The notes under the pieces were generated by a model, which was not told the origin of the DNA, ran no database searches, and saw only the letters and a list, made by a program, of their open reading frames with translations. A stretch of 63,122 nt of DNA, counting the filler, from Ministeria vibrans ATCC 50519 (lineage: Eukaryota > Protista > Filasterea), in NCBI GenBank assembly GCA_943704425.1. It is 9 parts of 9 records of this genome, joined end to end, with 100 filler letters (N's around TTAATTAATTAA, not from the genome) between each part and the next. Parts side by side here need not be neighbours in the genome. Positions count along the whole stretch, not along the records: positions 31,213 to 47,556 come from CALSCP010002223.1; positions 47,657 to 50,407 come from CALSCP010002184.1; positions 50,508 to 59,282 come from CALSCP010001936.1; positions 59,383 to 61,488 come from CALSCP010001900.1; 5 more parts are not named here. The stretch is one strand, 5' to 3'. Positions 47,001-59,422 of the stretch are shown here, one piece after another; within the stretch, counting starts at the first letter, position 1; every line of letters starts with the position of its first letter. Both the position numbers and the translations under genes were made by a program.

Positions 47001-47556
47001 CGTCGCACGTGCCGCGTCCATTGCAATCAGGCGTACCCGGACAATCGGGCGTGTTACAGTCGGCATCGGTCCAGCCTGCATCGCAGCTGCACAGACCCGT
47101 ACCAAGACACTGACCGTGTCCACTGCAATCCGTTCCCACACCAGGGCAACCCTCCTCGGTACACAACTCCAAGCGCCAGCCTGCGTTGCACGAACACACA
47201 CCCGCATTGCACGTACCGTGGCCATTGCACTCTTGGTTGCAACCTGCGCCGTTGAAGCACGCGTCGCACGTGCATGTGTCCGAGCCCACACCGTAGTTGA
47301 CCGTACCGTTGACACAAGGCTGCTCGCAACCAGTGCCCATCCAACCCTTGGTGCAGTTGGTGCAGCGTAAGAAGGTCAGTGTGTTGTCGCAGTAGCCGCG
47401 TGCATTGCAATCGGGCGTGCCGGGACAATCCGCTTGGTCGCATCCGTCACCCTGCCAACCGCTGTTACAGAAGCACTCTTGTGCCGCTGTGTTGCACGTA
47501 CCGTGGCCCGAGCACGGACCAGGCGAACCCGCACAACTCTGCGTCTGACACTGGTC
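41008..47556 (-). CDS. Giant single-pass receptor, 5'-truncated: tenascin/laminin-type EGF repeats, vWD, LamG/pentraxin, TM, PLAT with HA insertion, second PLAT, Tyr-motif tail
   Basis: Open from the contig edge (about 2180 codons). Many C.G.G.C..G.C.C..GW.G..C units; vWD VTTYDGMSYDY...ALFGSCDND; LamG FSISLYL...FSGMLDEIRIW; TM GICIAVLFVLLCVLIYCLYFLWF (~42970-43047); PLAT YTVVFTT...AG..ARVVIRIYG...SGE...LGDL...WHIEK. Confidence 0.88.
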   Translation of the reverse strand, partial: DQCQTQSCAGSPGPCSGHGTCNTAAQECFCNSGWQGDGCDQADCPGTPDCNARGYCDNTLTFLRCTNCTKGWMGTGCEQPCVNGTVNYGVGSDTCTCDACFNGAGCNQECNGHGTCNAGVCSCNAGWRLELCTEEGCPGVGTDCSGHGQCLGTGLCSCDAGWTDADCNTPDCPGTPDCNGRGTCDGSSGTPVCVDCIQGWMGVACADPCTHGHQTFPNSGVCACDPCYSGVGCNIECTAHGNCTNGVCSCDSAWWDTLCDRRGCPGVGDSCTVDVYDPNVFNGVCNEASQTCQCNPGWGGAGCNVPDCPGDPDCNGRGECDATTYQTSPGEGTSPVCRNCIKGWVGVSCERECTNGTQIPMDSGNCVCDACFSGQKCDVECSGKGTCSAGVCQCVAGRKGTLCELLDCPGEPDCSNRGTCREVTGEPLPQCSCNTGFDLDDCSGLVCAQSADGKECSDRGNCTLFDGEAIPRCVCEHSFGGQDGSENACDVCFTQYDGNGCEQCVPDFIGWISNCSVPCVNGEATVYQGDICQCYRDSTRGHWTAVDCTQCVTGWDGATCSQCHPDYVGDGHCSYECKNNQGYYFNPYSGSGGTRSIEPVIDCATNTTSGTDYTIWFGYINYNTHIVSIAAGPQNGFLTAPENRGQPIEFLPGRVERVFSVTVSAGGDIPVWRVIYAPSNNVSDTASTIDFVNTPLCVGNETAFVVPSEYEASTDPGFCRCLEGYWGVDCTGICPLGPNNTCNAAGVCNQVTGLCACEPNWRGSVDCSNCTEGWFGGRCDVAIANITIAGSKDYYVGGFINSRVTTYDGMSYDYNVLGNSYLTRPAGAPAQISSGGVGRRSTANDIVAMTNANAVSNDTFTLQVRSEPCLDMNGACSVALSSTINGTCLSIRAGFEATDPPIVWFDSVQIPTMEVSPTARTTVPGTDWWIERTAVRLMTLNSPEGVVVTMNFVNEGRSLGILLQAPKGSCETSVALFGSCDNDVDTDLFLPATGTFLTGNAITEANIQNLFAPQHAVTSPTAQCFVTGEISCLSCGTIVPGTSGGGGLGPLVNATYLIESTPSGGGSAIQLVGSTVQGAVSVDKVYSWPTSGFSISLYLSCDDSLPGGVFFSYRVYSTISFSVEHGYIICRYGEFTFNTSLAVVFDSNPWVRVVISWRSPDIWVWVQTGAGVYQSWTYSNFPGGVAVAGCGGTCSSPFTLGGHIGFGIWLQPFDGTYNNCPGGAVGLPAFTTLAGGNYTAGYRFSGMLDEIRIWTGPVFTDVIVGGSWLRGVCTTGCGAGDFFTFSNLVHWWSCNTGTGIVISDRRSTLHMRFLQTVDCPTCGGSSGGGGSSGGGGGLAVVTVGSGGGVIVTGSGASCNNCPPSNTPLWGTSTLPLPLPTNTSTTTTFTDPDLEVQAKAFCTSLLDALGDVACDSLTSMKTFFEMMCLQDIAANGTLSAGVAAGQGFGDYCTLLTNPPNNPADSICTLTGSEFGTVLLDVQNDPRCTGVVVTGSSTSGSVSSGGVAGICIAVLFVLLCVLIYCLYFLWFTGFNVAVTFGSGLGGGEILLDENGCAFDPNAPIGGEEEAKVFNLGTLGDLNYAEFNDLGNMNEMEPSLLEPVSQASGFDAETGFRGAGAGAGSAPGAGGAGAGAGGGAGLNPIVPTSAVPPAAALAAAGGIFLLAAKPSYTVVFTTKDELNAGHSARVVIRIYGSNKRDSGEKVLAANAEDVETWSAYYDELVKFNASTGTPNVPHDYPTNESLALWVLMQKHLRATGKLESEKVQALSAFPGWEWDMSPAARQRAETLVPEQNSLVPGKTQRFFVACTPLGDLTKMMVRLEGKNKDGSTPQWHIEKARVHNQTTMRDWDFQCGNDDQGRWVGSKVGDGQSEVMLYLKSNEQAAAAAGPVPVGIGMSDATRGRLGSIRLLPDPARELNTYELTVNTESGVPLRGCKCILHGTSGDSGVQTLRDGVPTATGSGLVYTIKCMPLGRVERVSLWQGADYQDTSVGTLNVRDRARLMNIPFTIGRPLGEDRVDVYRDDDTSERALHARRVNRLRAPSSLDADADAYRGGSTLQAQFESTQYQSLGSTRAPRMASQPRPGSSFASSHYESFGGGGGASASSDAYQTLDEMNSSVNNPGYDARPGSAIVENSAYEGRAAGANVDNDLYESLDDGFAATQENSAYESRGASKPHTEDEDL

Positions 47557-47656
47557 NNNNNNNNNNNNNNNNNNNNNNNNNNNNNNNNNNNNNNNNNNNN
47601 TTAATTAATTAANNNNNNNNNNNNNNNNNNNNNNNNNNNNNNNNNNNNNNNNNNNN
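47557..47656. other. Artificial contig spacer
   Basis: N44-TTAATTAATTAA-N44. Confidence 0.99.
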
Positions 47657-47722
47657 AAAAAAAAAAAGGCAATGAATTTCACAGAGTATTCGATTGATAT
47701 ATCAATAATGAATATGTGGTAC

Positions 47723-50141
<2,419 letters not shown>

Positions 50142-50407
50142 CTGAAGACAAGACGGAATAAGAGAAAGCGAAAAGCGAAAAATGGAGGAGAGAAAAAAAA
50201 AAAAAGAGACAAAAAGAAAGAGCACAAAAAGCCGACTGAGTTAGGGCCGCTGGGCGCCAGGCAGGGGCAAACAGGCAGCCAACGTCGCGTCCCAGCCGAC
50301 GGGGAGGGGCGACGGCCGTTGGAACGGCGGCAGAGCAGTTCAGAGAGGAGAAAAGAAAAACGCTTTGCCAAACTGAGTGGTTGCGAAGTTTGTTGAGCGA
50401 TAAAAAA

Positions 50408-50507
50408 NNNNNNNNNNNNNNNNNNNNNNNNNNNNNNNNNNNNNNNNNNNNTTAATTAATTAANNNNNNNNNNNNNNNNNNNNNNNNNNNNNNNNNNNNN
50501 NNNNNNN
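50408..50507. other. Artificial contig spacer
   Basis: N44-TTAATTAATTAA-N44. Confidence 0.99.
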
Positions 50508-53500
50508 GTGCAAGTTCGGGACGACGGGTCAGCTCGTTCTTAACGTAGTGCACAATGAGGGAGGACATGACAGTCGACTGATGTGTGGCATCACGCACAA
50601 ATTCAAGCACCTTGTCAAGCTCAAGGTCGCGCTGAACTGCATCCTGCATCTGCGACACCACGTTGCGATTGTCAATATCACTTGCAAAGTCACGCGAGAG
50701 CAAGAGTCGGCGCAGCTTGCGCACGAGAACAGCCGTCAGGTAGACAAAACTCGACTCGTTGCTGAGGGTCTTGCGCACCAGTCCAATGGCGCCCGACAGG
50801 TCCGTGTCCCCAAGCCCATCAAGTTCACGTCGCAAGCGCTCGCTCGAGGACACCACAGGGGCGCCCAGCACGAGGCTGCAAAGTGCTTGAGTAGCACTCG
50901 TCGACAACGGCTCACCCGTTTCCTCATTAGCGTACAGTTCGGGCATGACCTCTCCACGGAGAAACGTTTTGAGGGTGACGACAACGTCACGACGGGCACG
51001 CTCGCCAAGGTCGCTCGACTCAAGCAGTGACAATGCCAAAAGAACGCTGCTGCTCACATTGATGTTGTCGAGTTCGCGGCGCAAGTGTTGCGCACCGTCC
51101 ACAATACCGTCGCGAAGTTGCTGATCGTCGCCCACGAATGCAATAGCCTCAGGCTGACCAAGCCAGCGAACAAATTCGTTGACGAGCGAGCGAGTGCTTC
51201 GACCGCCATAGCGTGCGGTGCGACGCGACGACAGCATGAGATCGGCGTACAGCGACACAAGACACGTCTTGCCAGTGCCCGTCTCGCCCTGCCACACCAG
51301 GGGCATGCCACACAGGACTCGCTCGTGTAGCAGGAGAAGTTTGAATGCAAAATCAGCCATGAGAATGTACGACTTGGACACAAGTACATCGTTAAAGTCA
51401 CGCTCGTCCACGTCCAGGGCGAGCGCAACGTGACGCACCAGCGTCGCACGTTTGCCCAAATCGTGTTGCGACACACTGGTGAAGTCAAGGCTGCGATCGA
51501 CACGACGCAGCGCCTGGAAGACCTCGGGCAGCTCTTGAGTAGAGAGCACGTTGCCCGATGTCGGGAAGAAGGTCAGGCCACCGTCGCTCTGATACAGAAT
51601 GTAGACGGGCAAGTGAAATTGCGACGGAGAGCCGTCGCGGTTACCGTCAGCTCCCACTTGGCCGTCCCACTGGAGGTTGTGCGAAAAGAAGAAGCGCGCC
51701 TCGTTAAGCATTTGGTGGAGCAGCGCCACGGCAACCTTGCCAGGCCACTCGTGCATGGCAATATGGTCAGAGTAGAGGAGAAACTCGCAACGACGATGCA
51801 TAAAGCGCACAAAATAGTTGATGAAGCGGAAATTCTGTCGGGGCAACTTCACCTGCTCCTCGACCGCATTCATAATGACACGACGGCACTCGTCGTCGGT
51901 CACTTGATGGTTCAATCGCTCGTCCAACTTGATGTGCGACACAACGCCGCGCACCTCGGGCGAGCGCACGCGATGAAGCGAGCCATCGCGCAACGCCGCA
52001 AGCAGGCGACCCACCAGTCGACTTTCGCGAGAGAGCGCAAGTTGACTCACGAGCGACAGTGGCGCGTCCGAGCCGCGCAGGATCGAGACAATAGGTAGCA
52101 CTTCGGCAAGCGGACGTGACACGCCCGCTGGCACCTCCACAAGGAGCGACCACCCGTCACCGCGGCGCACCGTCACTGTCTGGCCCGAGCGCGAGTCCAC
52201 GGCGACACCTGCCACCATCAGATCAGCAAGGAAATCGTTGAGAAGTGCAAAAGGCGCATCAAATGTCAAGTTGAGAAAGATGGCCACGGGCGCCGTAGGT
52301 TTGGGGGCACGTGCCTGTCGCAACTGCCGGATGCACTGTTCGACGGTGAACGTGGCATTCACTTGAATCTCCACGGCAACATGGCCTTGGGCACGTCGTT
52401 CGGCAAGCGCACGACGCGCCGCATACGTCTTGCCAAAGCCAATGGGTCCCTCGACACACTCGACTCCACCATCAAAGTGTGTAAGTGCACGCAAACCGTC
52501 CCGTGCCAACATGCGGCGTGCGTGACTCTCGAGCGTGGCCGGACGTGGCACACTGGTAATCTCGAAGGAAACGAGTGAGCCACCCAGGGAGGCGTTCATG
52601 GCCTCCTCCGCCGACGACTCGAGCAGCACCAGCAACTGTTTCTCGTGCGTGTTCACGTGTGCGTAGCAAAAACTCTTCACCTGGTGCTGCAATTCGTTGA
52701 GATGGTCATAGCCATGGAGCACAAACCGACCGTGCGGCGAGGCGTCGACAAGTGTCAAGAACTGTGTGAGCTCCCCGACCGTCGTACATTCGGACGCCCA
52801 CAAAATGTGGCGGAAGGGAACCACAACTTGACGGGCGGTATCACTGGTATCCGTGCTATCGATAACACGAGCCGCCATGGAAAAGATGTACAAGAGACGT
52901 TCGGGAATGGAGAGTGCTGAGACGCTCTGGAAAAAGTCCTTGCGACTCGTTCGCCTCGTCACCGTTCCCGCTGCTTCACCCGTACTCTCACTTGCCATCA
53001 AGCCTGCTGTTGTTGTTGCTGCTGCTGCTGCTGCTGCTGAGGTCGCGAGTTCCGCGGAGAGCGACAAGACAAGAAGACGCGACGCAGCAACAGGCGAGAG
53101 TGCAGTGGCGGCAGAGATTAGTTGCGCCAAGCGGTCAATGAGAGTGCGTGCACACTCAACGACCGCGTTCACGTCGGCACGCGACGGCAGCACTACGGGT
53201 GCCGCTTCGGCCAGCAATTGGACGGCATGTGCTGTGTCAACATTGGCCAGACCCACCAGCACGTCAACGGCCAACATCATTGCCTTAGACTGGGGCGCAC
53301 TCCCAAGAGCATCGACCAGTAGCACGAGTTGTTCCACCGCAAACCGCAACATCGAGGGACACACCACAACGGCCGCATGGTAGTGTGCCTTCCATGCGCT
53401 CTCAATGCGCTCTGTACCCGCATTGAATGCGCCAAGCACCGACACGACATCGCGCATGGGAATGTCAATGGAGCCGCACTGAAAAAGCAGGTGTGTGGGA

Positions 53501-56500
53501 TGCAGTTGTTGCGCGACCGTCTGATGGAACACATCGATGCATTTAGCAGCCTCGGTAAACTCGCGCAGATGGCATTGCTGCTCGGACAGGGTTGCAACAG
53601 ACGACGAGCGTGATGGTGCAGCGCCGTCGCGGTCTTTGTCATCCCCTTCTTCGACACTACTGTTCGCTTGCAATGGGTGCTGTTGCTCGGCAGCGCCATA
53701 GACAAGCTCCTCGAGTTGGGCCTTGTCAATGGAAACGGGCGCCGACGTGGCCTCGTAGTGAACACGGTAGCCGACAAAGGTCAGGTCGAGCGAAAACGTA
53801 CCTGTGTTGAGAATAGCGCGCACCTGCTCGTCCACCGTCTCGCTGTGGGCGCGCACCTGTTTGCAAATGTTCTTGATGCGATTGAGGTTGTCGCCATCAG
53901 AACAAATGGAGAGGCAGCGCAGACTCTGATCGTTGATGTTCAAAGCCGCAATGCGTGCAAAGAACTCGTCGAGCGACAGTTCACCGGCACACGCAAGAAT
54001 CACCGGCTTGAGAACACCGTAGGCAATGCCGAGGTTGTTGATGAGCGAGCGTGCGTGTTGTTCGCGCAGGTTTTGTGTCACCACCATGATGAAGCTGTCG
54101 AAGCCGGTCGAGATGGAGCCACAGAAGGCAAGGAGGGTCGCGGCCTTTTTGACACGCGAGAAATACTCGGTGGTGGCGGGCGTGAGGCGCTTGAAGATTT
54201 CGACAATGTTGGCGGCAAGGGAGCGCGTGAGCAGTTCGACCGACTCCACGTTGATTTGGAGAAGGTTGAGAAACACGGGGTCGGCGGTGATACGCTCGTT
54301 CACCTTGTACTGCTTGCATAGGTCGGCAAAGAGTGCAATGGAGTGGCACTTGGTGTACAGTTCGAAGGAAGTAAAGAGGTGCTCGGCCGTCTCAGTGTTT
54401 CCATCGGACAGTTGCAGGAAAGCACGACGCTCCGATGGACTCGATGGGTCGAAGTCGCGCTCGCCAAGACACGCTTGTACATCGAAAAGATCCGTGAGCG
54501 CCGGAATTGGCGCGCGGCGTGGACTCGCCGATGCATCCGCTGCCGCCTTTTTGATGCTGTCCATCAGGGACGTACGCAGCTGTTGAAAGGCGTTGACAAA
54601 TTCGGCGGTGGTGAGGGCAGCGGGTGAGGCACGCAGTTGCAATAGTCGACGCCGCAACTCGACGACGAAGACTGTGCTGTGAACAAGCGATTCAAAGGCG
54701 GGAGTAATCACAAAGGAGCTGGAAGGGGATGCATTGAGCTGGGTGAACGAGTGCGACAGTCGCATAAGACTGTCGGCGAGCGCTCGCAATTCAGCAATGG
54801 GCACAGCATCAAGTTGGTCAGGCACCGAGTCGAGTAGTGCGTCAAGGTCAGCGATCATGAGCGACGCCGGGCAGTTGCGAATGTGACGCAGCATTTCGCG
54901 GGTAAATTCAAGGCTCTGTACCAGACCCTCAGCGGAGACGAGGGCACGAGTGATGTCGCGAAACGAAAAGAGATGATTCGCCAGTGAGGCGTACGAAGTA
55001 AAACGCGCTTGAGGTGCGGCTGCAACGAGCCGCAGCTGTGCAAATGTGATGGACTGGTTCTCAACGGACAGGAGCAGCAACTGGTAGTGCTGATGCACTG
55101 AAGCGTGGACAAAATGGAGTAGGTTCTGGGTACTGTCGCCGCTGCAAACCCCCACAAAAAGGTCGATGGGAAGGTAGACGGGAAAAAGCCTACGTTCGGG
55201 CATGCAGTGTGCGTACGCTTTGACCAGAACCTCCACAAAGTGCTTGTGTGCGGGAGCTGTCGCGCGCGAGTCCATGTGGCCCCACCACACGTTGAACGCG
55301 TTCTGGCGCTCGCGCAAAAGAGCCGAGGTGTGAGCAACGGCACTTTCGTTCGCCTGTGCAAGCGCGTCCGCATCGACCGGGAGTACAGGCCAAACGGCGT
55401 GCGCTGTTGCCTCAAGCACGGCAAAGTAGAGCGAGCGAGGGTTGACATGCGACAATTGGGACGGCACATGGTGTTCCAGGAACACACTGGCGTGTTCGCG
55501 TCGTGACACGTTCACTTCGTACTCGTCGAGCCAACGCAAAGCTTCATTGAAGATGCCCACGGGCAGGGGTGCTTCGACAAATACCGAGTAGCGTCCTGAT
55601 GTGATGCGGTCGCGAAACGCCGACGCCAGATCGCCACGAGACTCACGCGCGTAGGAGCGCCCAAAGAAATCCATGATGTAGAACACAAGACGCAACAGGT
55701 CGGGTTCACTTATAGCATCGCTCGTCGTTGTCATTGTTGCTGATGTGGTGGTGCGTTCGTGAGTGTCGAGGGCAAGCAAAAGCATGCCAGCAAGCGCCGC
55801 AGCCTTCTGATCGTCACCCAGCTGTTGCTGCACGGGCTGCTGCAAAAGATCGAGCAGATCTGATACGCTGACGCGCCGCAGCCAGCAGGAAAGCCCACAT
55901 AGCTCCTCACAGCGACCATTTTCCATCTTTTTGTGATAAAAGAGAAATAGAGCAACCTGAAGCTTGAGCGGCTCATACAACGCGCCATCGAGCTGTTGTT
56001 CGAGCGAGTCCATGAGCATGCAGATGCGCTTGACGGGCATTGCGTCGCCCTCGGTCAAGACAATGTTGGCAAAGACGCAGACAAAGAAATGCAGATGCAG
56101 AGACGCAGTGGGTGCCAGTAAAGAAATGCAGGTGGCAATAGGTGTACAAAGGGTGTCGGGAGAATATTTAATGCCTGTCTCGATGGCCAAACGGAAGCAT
56201 CGAGAAAAATTACGCATTTTCGCGGGCTGCGATGTGGGGAGAGAGGAAGAGTCGAGCCACTGAATGAGCACGGTGGAGGCGTGCTTGTTGAGAGCACGCA
56301 CGAGCTCGCATAGATTCGCAGTGGTCATACAAGTGGGGTCCAGTAGACACAGGTGCAAGTAGTCGTAAAGGTCGGAGACGGTGAGGGTGCCACAGCGCGG
56401 AATGATGACGGAGTAAAGGAAGAAGAAACGCGAGGAGCTCTGGACTTCGTCAAGGAGATGCGACCAGCTAAACTGTTCGCCAACAAGGTAGTCCAGACTC

Positions 56501-59172
56501 GCGGCGGTCTGACTTGACGATGCGGAAGGAGACGATGTGACCGATGCGTAGGTTGAGCGAGTGCGTAATCGCGTGACCATTCCACCACCACCACCACCAT
56601 CACCACCATCACCACCACCACCACGACGACGACGACGACTGGACCGGAAAGAATCGCCGCTCGTTGAGTAGTCTAGGTCGGCCGACGCGACGCCGTCAAT
56701 GGGGTACTGCGAGAGCATCTGCGAAAACTTGAACATGGCAGTGTGTGCCTCGGCATCACGCAATGTGGTCGCATCGCGTGTGGATGTGAGCAACACAGCA
56801 ATGCCTGCGTCCCAATGCGCACGCAGACGCTCGTCTCTGCCCGAGGTATCTCTGATGGCAAACGCAGACCAAAACTCTTCGAGGAGCGCCGAGGGTCGAG
56901 GTGTGTCGACCATGAGCTCAAACGCGCTGAGACAGGTGGTACGCAGAACGTCGACAAGCTCATGACATGGCTTATCTAGGTGCGACTGCAGATTTCCCAT
57001 GTGTTGCGGCACAAGTGCGCCATAGTGCACAACGAGCGCTACAAAGTCTAAGCGCGCCTTGCTAGATGTCGACACAAAAGAAGAAGAAGAAGCAGCAGCA
57101 GCAGCAGCAACAGCAACAGGTGGGTGCGCGGCAAGTGGACGATTAGAATAATTCACGAGCACACTGACGGCACTGGTGATGACTGACACAAGCGAGTTGC
57201 GGTACAGTTCGTGAATGTTTTTGTTGCTGTTGGACCTGAAAATACCAAATGACGAGCTGGTTGCCTTTTGACGGAGCTTGTCAAGCGCAGTGTAGATATC
57301 ACAGACGCGCACGAGGATGTCTGGAGGCGTGGGTACGGGCGCTGGATCGACCAATATGGTCGGAATAAAGGTGGTGACAATCTGAGCGTTGAACTCGGCA
57401 ACTCGCGCATGTTCTGAGTCGGTAGCTGCGCGTGAGCGCGACTGTTGGGCTGACGCGAGCGACGCCTGTGGTCGTGGTTGTTGACTACCGTGTTGTCGCT
57501 GTTGTTGTTGCTGTTGTTGTTGGTGTCGAGAAGGAACATTCATGGCGAGTGCAGTGGAGGCGGCATGGGCGTGCAAGGCTGCCTGACGGTCGGCCTTGCT
57601 GTCCTTGCCCGGCACGAACTTGGAGGTGATCTTGGAGAGAGAGATGCCAAAGCGACGGATTCGACCAGGCCGTGGAGGCAGTTCCGTGTTGTCGTCGACA
57701 AAGCGGATCTCGGCAGCGACGCCCACGTGCAAGTGCGAGATGTAGTCAAGGTAGACGCGACGGAATGGACCGGCCCAAACACGGCGCTTGAGTAGTGCCT
57801 GCGCCTCAAGGACAAAGTCGATAATGGCGGCGTTCGTGGTGTCGTTGTTCGGGACACGAAGACTGCGGCGGAACAGGGTGGTGCAGTCTGGGATGGTGTC
57901 TGCCTGAGCGCTGACGATCAGGTCAAAAATTTGACACATGGTGACCAAGTGGTCTTCGGAGGTGACATACGACGCGAGTGAGGCGCCGCCGTTGGTGCAG
58001 CAGCGTAGAAAGCCTGCCATTTTCTTGACGGTAAACATGTAGGGATCGGCGTCGTCGACGGTGCAGCGAGAGTGGCGGCTGAGATTGGCACGGGAGGAGG
58101 GGCAATGCGAATGGAGGTTGCCGACGAGGAAGTCGCCGGTGAGTCTGAGAAGTTCGTCGTCAAGAACCATGTGAGGGGGAAGCGACACGATGAGCTCAAC
58201 GCTGCCGGGGTAGACCGACTCAACGTGAGTGAGTGTGTCGCATTCGCCCCGCAAGTACTGTATGATCGAATGAATACCGTCGTGGTCGGCGTCGGTGATA
58301 GGCACATCGCTTCCGGCATCAAAAATTGCTGCTTCCGCTGCTGCTGCTGCTGCTGCTGCTGTGTCACTGTTGGCGACACTCACAGATTCGCCTTGAATGA
58401 AGACGGAAAGTGAGTCGGCGTAGGGACGGGATGAGGCGGATCGGAGTTCACCCGAGGTGTCGGGCCGCAGTACATTTTTGAGGCGAAAGTGCGCGGGCAG
58501 ATTGACTTCCTGAATGAAGTTGATCAGCGGCACGGTGACGACTGCCTTGACGCGCTGCCCCTGATAAATCAGGTCGTGGAGGAAGGCGCGTGGGTCGAGA
58601 CGAATTGCCGGCACGATGGTGAAGATCGACTTGTGGTTTTCGCGCACCGAGTTCTTGTGGACGGTGTACAGCAGTTGGTTTGTCGACGAGCTCACAATGA
58701 ACTTGGTGCTTGGAGGACCCTTGCCAAAGATGGAAAAGACATAGGGTCGCTCGGAGGGCAGCTGGCTTGTGGAGCCCTTGGGGGCAGCATTGAGTGACTT
58801 GGAGAAGAACTCGCGCGTGAGCATGGCGCGATCACGCATAATGTCGGGCACGCGAACACGATCGCGAAAGGGGTTGTTGCTGTTCTGGTACGGCACCTCG
58901 CTCGTCAGAAGGCTCCCGAGGCTCAATTCGACCGCGTCGCTCAGGCCAAAGACTGGCGACGTGGCATGCAAGTAGCGACTGTACACCTAAGACAGCTGGT
59001 GTGACGAACAGACTGGCGAAGGAATCTCAGACGAAAAGTCATCGAACCTTCTTATCCATTAGGGTGTCGGGCGTGCCGTACGACATGAGGCACCACTTGA
59101 CGGGGACCATGCTTGAAAAGCGTGCATCGAGCAGGGTGAGGAGTGCGCTGCACTCGGTGTCCTCATAGATAA
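50508..59172 (-). CDS. RNF213 (mysterin)-like giant dynein-type AAA+ ATPase, truncated at both ends (exon 59048-59172, then an 8.5-kb exon from 58986)
   Basis: GPIGFGKT Walker A (~52426-52449); IFLNLT...LNDFLADLMVAG.AVDS.SG...LLVEVP; YILMADFAFKLLLLHERVLCGMPLVWQGETGTGKT (~51265), matching RNF213 YELTTDNMLK...CGIPVIIMGETGCGKT. Confidence 0.8.
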
Positions 59173-59282
59173 CTGCAATAAGATAAAATGGGGGTTGAGT
59201 TCGTTTATTTTTTATTGACGCCGCCTGGTATACCGTGTGGTGATGCAAAAAGTGCTTCTCACACTGCGTTCCTGTTCGACCC

Positions 59283-59382
59283 NNNNNNNNNNNNNNNNNN
59301 NNNNNNNNNNNNNNNNNNNNNNNNNNTTAATTAATTAANNNNNNNNNNNNNNNNNNNNNNNNNNNNNNNNNNNNNNNNNNNN
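59283..59382. other. Artificial contig spacer
   Basis: N44-TTAATTAATTAA-N44. Confidence 0.99.
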
Positions 59383-59422
59383 TTTTTTTTTTTTTTTTTT
59401 TTTTTTTGCTACTGTTCATCAG

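Noticed and set aside
45973-47370. Long antisense ORFs over the receptor and CEP350 genes (also 33660-34661, 43627-44589)
   Set aside because: Shadow frames from GC-rich codon bias, with no recognisable motifs.
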